From Verrucomicrobiota bacterium (lineage in GTDB: Bacteria > Verrucomicrobiota > Verrucomicrobiia > Limisphaerales > AAA164-E04), in NCBI GenBank assembly GCA_047947115.1, contig CP170459.1:1056001-1120000 (forward strand): a DNA stretch of 64,000 bases, given 5' to 3'. Each line of letters starts with the position of its first letter. Within the stretch, counting starts at the first letter, position 1. This document shows positions 61,955-64,000 of the stretch, one piece after another. The position numbers and the translations under genes are program-made. The notes beneath the pieces were generated by a model. It saw only the letters and a list, made by a program, of their open reading frames with translations. It did not search any database and had not been told where the DNA came from.

Positions 61955-63094
61955 TTGCATTATTTCGATCACAACGCCACCGCCCCCATGAATGTGGTTG
62001 CCCGGGACGCTTGGCTGGAGGCTGTTGAGCAGTTTCCAGGTAATCCTTCCAGTTTGCACCGTATCGGTGCACGTGCAGACAAGGCATTGGAGGATGCCCG
62101 TCAGGTGATGGGCGATCTGCTTGGTTGTTCACCTCTGGATGTGGTGTGGACCAGTGGTGCCACCGAGTCCAACAACACCATCTGGTATCACCTGTCTCAA
62201 ACTCTGCCGGAGGATGCCACGGTTTGGGTGGCCTCCATCGAACATCCCTGTTGCCTGGAGAGTGCGAGATACTGGATGGGAAACCGTATTGTCTGGATTC
62301 CTGTGAGCGAACAAGGTGTGGTTGAATCAAGTTGGCTCGATTCGCAAATTCAAAACGGCAGACCTCATTTGGTTTGTGTCATGGCGGCCAACAATGAAAC
62401 CGGATGCCTTCAACCCTGGGAATCCGTTCGTCAATGGTGTGCCGGGCAAAAAGTTGCTTTTTTCTGCGACGCGGCACAGTGGGTCGGTCGTTTGCCGATG
62501 CGTGGCCTTGGAAAATGTGATTGGGTGTCTGGTTGCGCCCATAAATTTGGAGGACCCAAAGGAATTGGATTTCTCAAATGCCCTTCCGCCGGAAAACTGC
62601 AATCCTTGTTACGGGGAGGTCCCCAGGAGATGCAGCGGCGTGCCGGAACGGAAAACGTGGCAGGAGCGATCGCCATGGTGACGGCTTTGAAAGCTCGTGA
62701 AGAGGAACTGACCATCGAAAAGCTATCAGAGCTGAAGAATGTTCAAGTAACCTTCGAATCCTGGTTGCGAACCGAAATGCCTGATGTCCGGGTGTTGGGT
62801 GATGAAGTTCCCAGGCTCTGGAATACGACAACGGTGGTCATGCCTGATACGGATTGTCGCATGCGTTGGGTGGTCAAGCTGGACAAAATGGGTTTTGCCG
62901 TTTCCTCGGGTTCGGCATGTGCCAGCGGAAAGGAGCAGACTTCTCACGTAATGGAGGCCATGGGCGTAACGGGTGCAGCTGCTTCAAGAGTGTTGCGGTT
63001 CAGTTCCGGTATGAAGACGTCCCTCGAAGACTGGCGAGCTTTGCTCGATGCGGTCAAACAGATCCAATCCATATCGGATGAAGCTAAAGTCTGA
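61955..63094 (+). CDS. Second cysteine desulfurase (NifS family)
   Basis: YFDHNATAP, TSGATESNN, HKFGGPKG, SSGSAC; TTG start. Confidence 0.9.
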   Translation: MHYFDHNATAPMNVVARDAWLEAVEQFPGNPSSLHRIGARADKALEDARQVMGDLLGCSPLDVVWTSGATESNNTIWYHLSQTLPEDATVWVASIEHPCCLESARYWMGNRIVWIPVSEQGVVESSWLDSQIQNGRPHLVCVMAANNETGCLQPWESVRQWCAGQKVAFFCDAAQWVGRLPMRGLGKCDWVSGCAHKFGGPKGIGFLKCPSAGKLQSLLRGGPQEMQRRAGTENVAGAIAMVTALKAREEELTIEKLSELKNVQVTFESWLRTEMPDVRVLGDEVPRLWNTTTVVMPDTDCRMRWVVKLDKMGFAVSSGSACASGKEQTSHVMEAMGVTGAAASRVLRFSSGMKTSLEDWRALLDAVKQIQSISDEAKV

Positions 63095-63126
63095 AGATGT
63101 GTGGATCCAGAAAGGTAGATCGAAGC

Positions 63127-64000
63127 ATGAAGTGGTTATGGACCATTTTGGTTTTGCTGGCAATGCAGGTTGGAGCAGAGGAGATCACTGATTCCGCTTC
63201 AGCGTTGCATCGTGCTCTGGGTGATGAACCCTTGCGGGATCATGTGCGGAAGCTGGACCATTTACAGTCACGCACCCGGTTCCTGGAGCAGTGGAATGTA
63301 TGGATGGTGGAGTTCTTCGTGGAAGATGAACGGATCGCCATGTTGACGCTGAATCGTGAAGGAGAAGTTTTGGAACGCGCCTTGAATCGGTCGGATGAAG
63401 AAGAGGTTGTGCATCGCGTCGATGAACTCCGGCAGGAATTTGCCCATGCAAAACGTATCGGAAATGAGGCCGAGGTTCGGGAGATTCAGGAACTGCTCAA
63501 ACGTCTGGAGCGATCCCATCCTTTCGCCGGGCAGGAGGTGGATTTGGAACAGGTGCTTGCGACGGTTCACGGATTGGGTGGTTATGGCATGGGGTTGATT
63601 CGTTGGGCACCGGTTGAGGGAGTTTCTGGTACCCAGGTGATGGTGGAACGTGAGGAGGATGGACGGTGGGTTCGGATCGAGTCGCTTCCTCTGCGTCAAG
63701 GACGATGGATCGACCACGATGTTCGGGTGGGTGAAACCGTTCGTTACCGCATTGGATTGATGGCGCCCGAGCGAGCATTCAGCACAAAACGCATCATTGA
63801 GATCGTTCCCAGGCAGTTGGATGATTCGAAGATGCCAGTCTATACCGTTCAAATCCCGAAAGAAGGATTGGAGCGCATGCTGGCGGATGTCACGGAGGAC
63901 ATTGAGATGGATGGCACGTTCATGCTGAACAAACAGCGATGGCCCATGGAGGTACGACTACGCGGAGCCAGCACCCGGCATGCGGTTAAAAAGAGTTATC
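63127..64000 (+). CDS. Secreted CotH-kinase-family protein, 3'-truncated by window edge
   Basis: Own translation: signal peptide MKWLWTILVLLAMQVGA; frame open to the window end with VRLRGASTRHAVKKSY. Confidence 0.75.
   Translation, partial: MKWLWTILVLLAMQVGAEEITDSASALHRALGDEPLRDHVRKLDHLQSRTRFLEQWNVWMVEFFVEDERIAMLTLNREGEVLERALNRSDEEEVVHRVDELRQEFAHAKRIGNEAEVREIQELLKRLERSHPFAGQEVDLEQVLATVHGLGGYGMGLIRWAPVEGVSGTQVMVEREEDGRWVRIESLPLRQGRWIDHDVRVGETVRYRIGLMAPERAFSTKRIIEIVPRQLDDSKMPVYTVQIPKEGLERMLADVTEDIEMDGTFMLNKQRWPMEVRLRGASTRHAVKKSY

Overview
Bacterial chromosomal segment, most likely Verrucomicrobiota (inferred from two prepilin/H-X9-DG proteins, an ECF sigma plus Ser/Thr kinase pair, a His6-type HisA and a permease-DtxR fusion). 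Core genes include lepA-lepB, priA, dnaN, thiD, cysQ, galU, an FKBP PPIase, two cysteine desulfurases and tRNA-Leu(CAA). A DnaA-box cluster upstream of dnaN, with no dnaA next to it, looks like oriC. Accessory content: four type II TA modules, an HUH Y1 transposase, several REP/MITE-like repeat families (one inserted in frame in a kinase gene) and several broken genes. The best candidates for new biology are (1) a coupled operon of an XRE-HTH/unknown-domain protein, a plant-type glucuronokinase and GalU, (2) an orphan lasso-peptide precursor right after it, and (3) a Fur-box-preceded porin plus FMN-binding/ApbE fusion. All family assignments come from motif recognition by eye; no searches were run.
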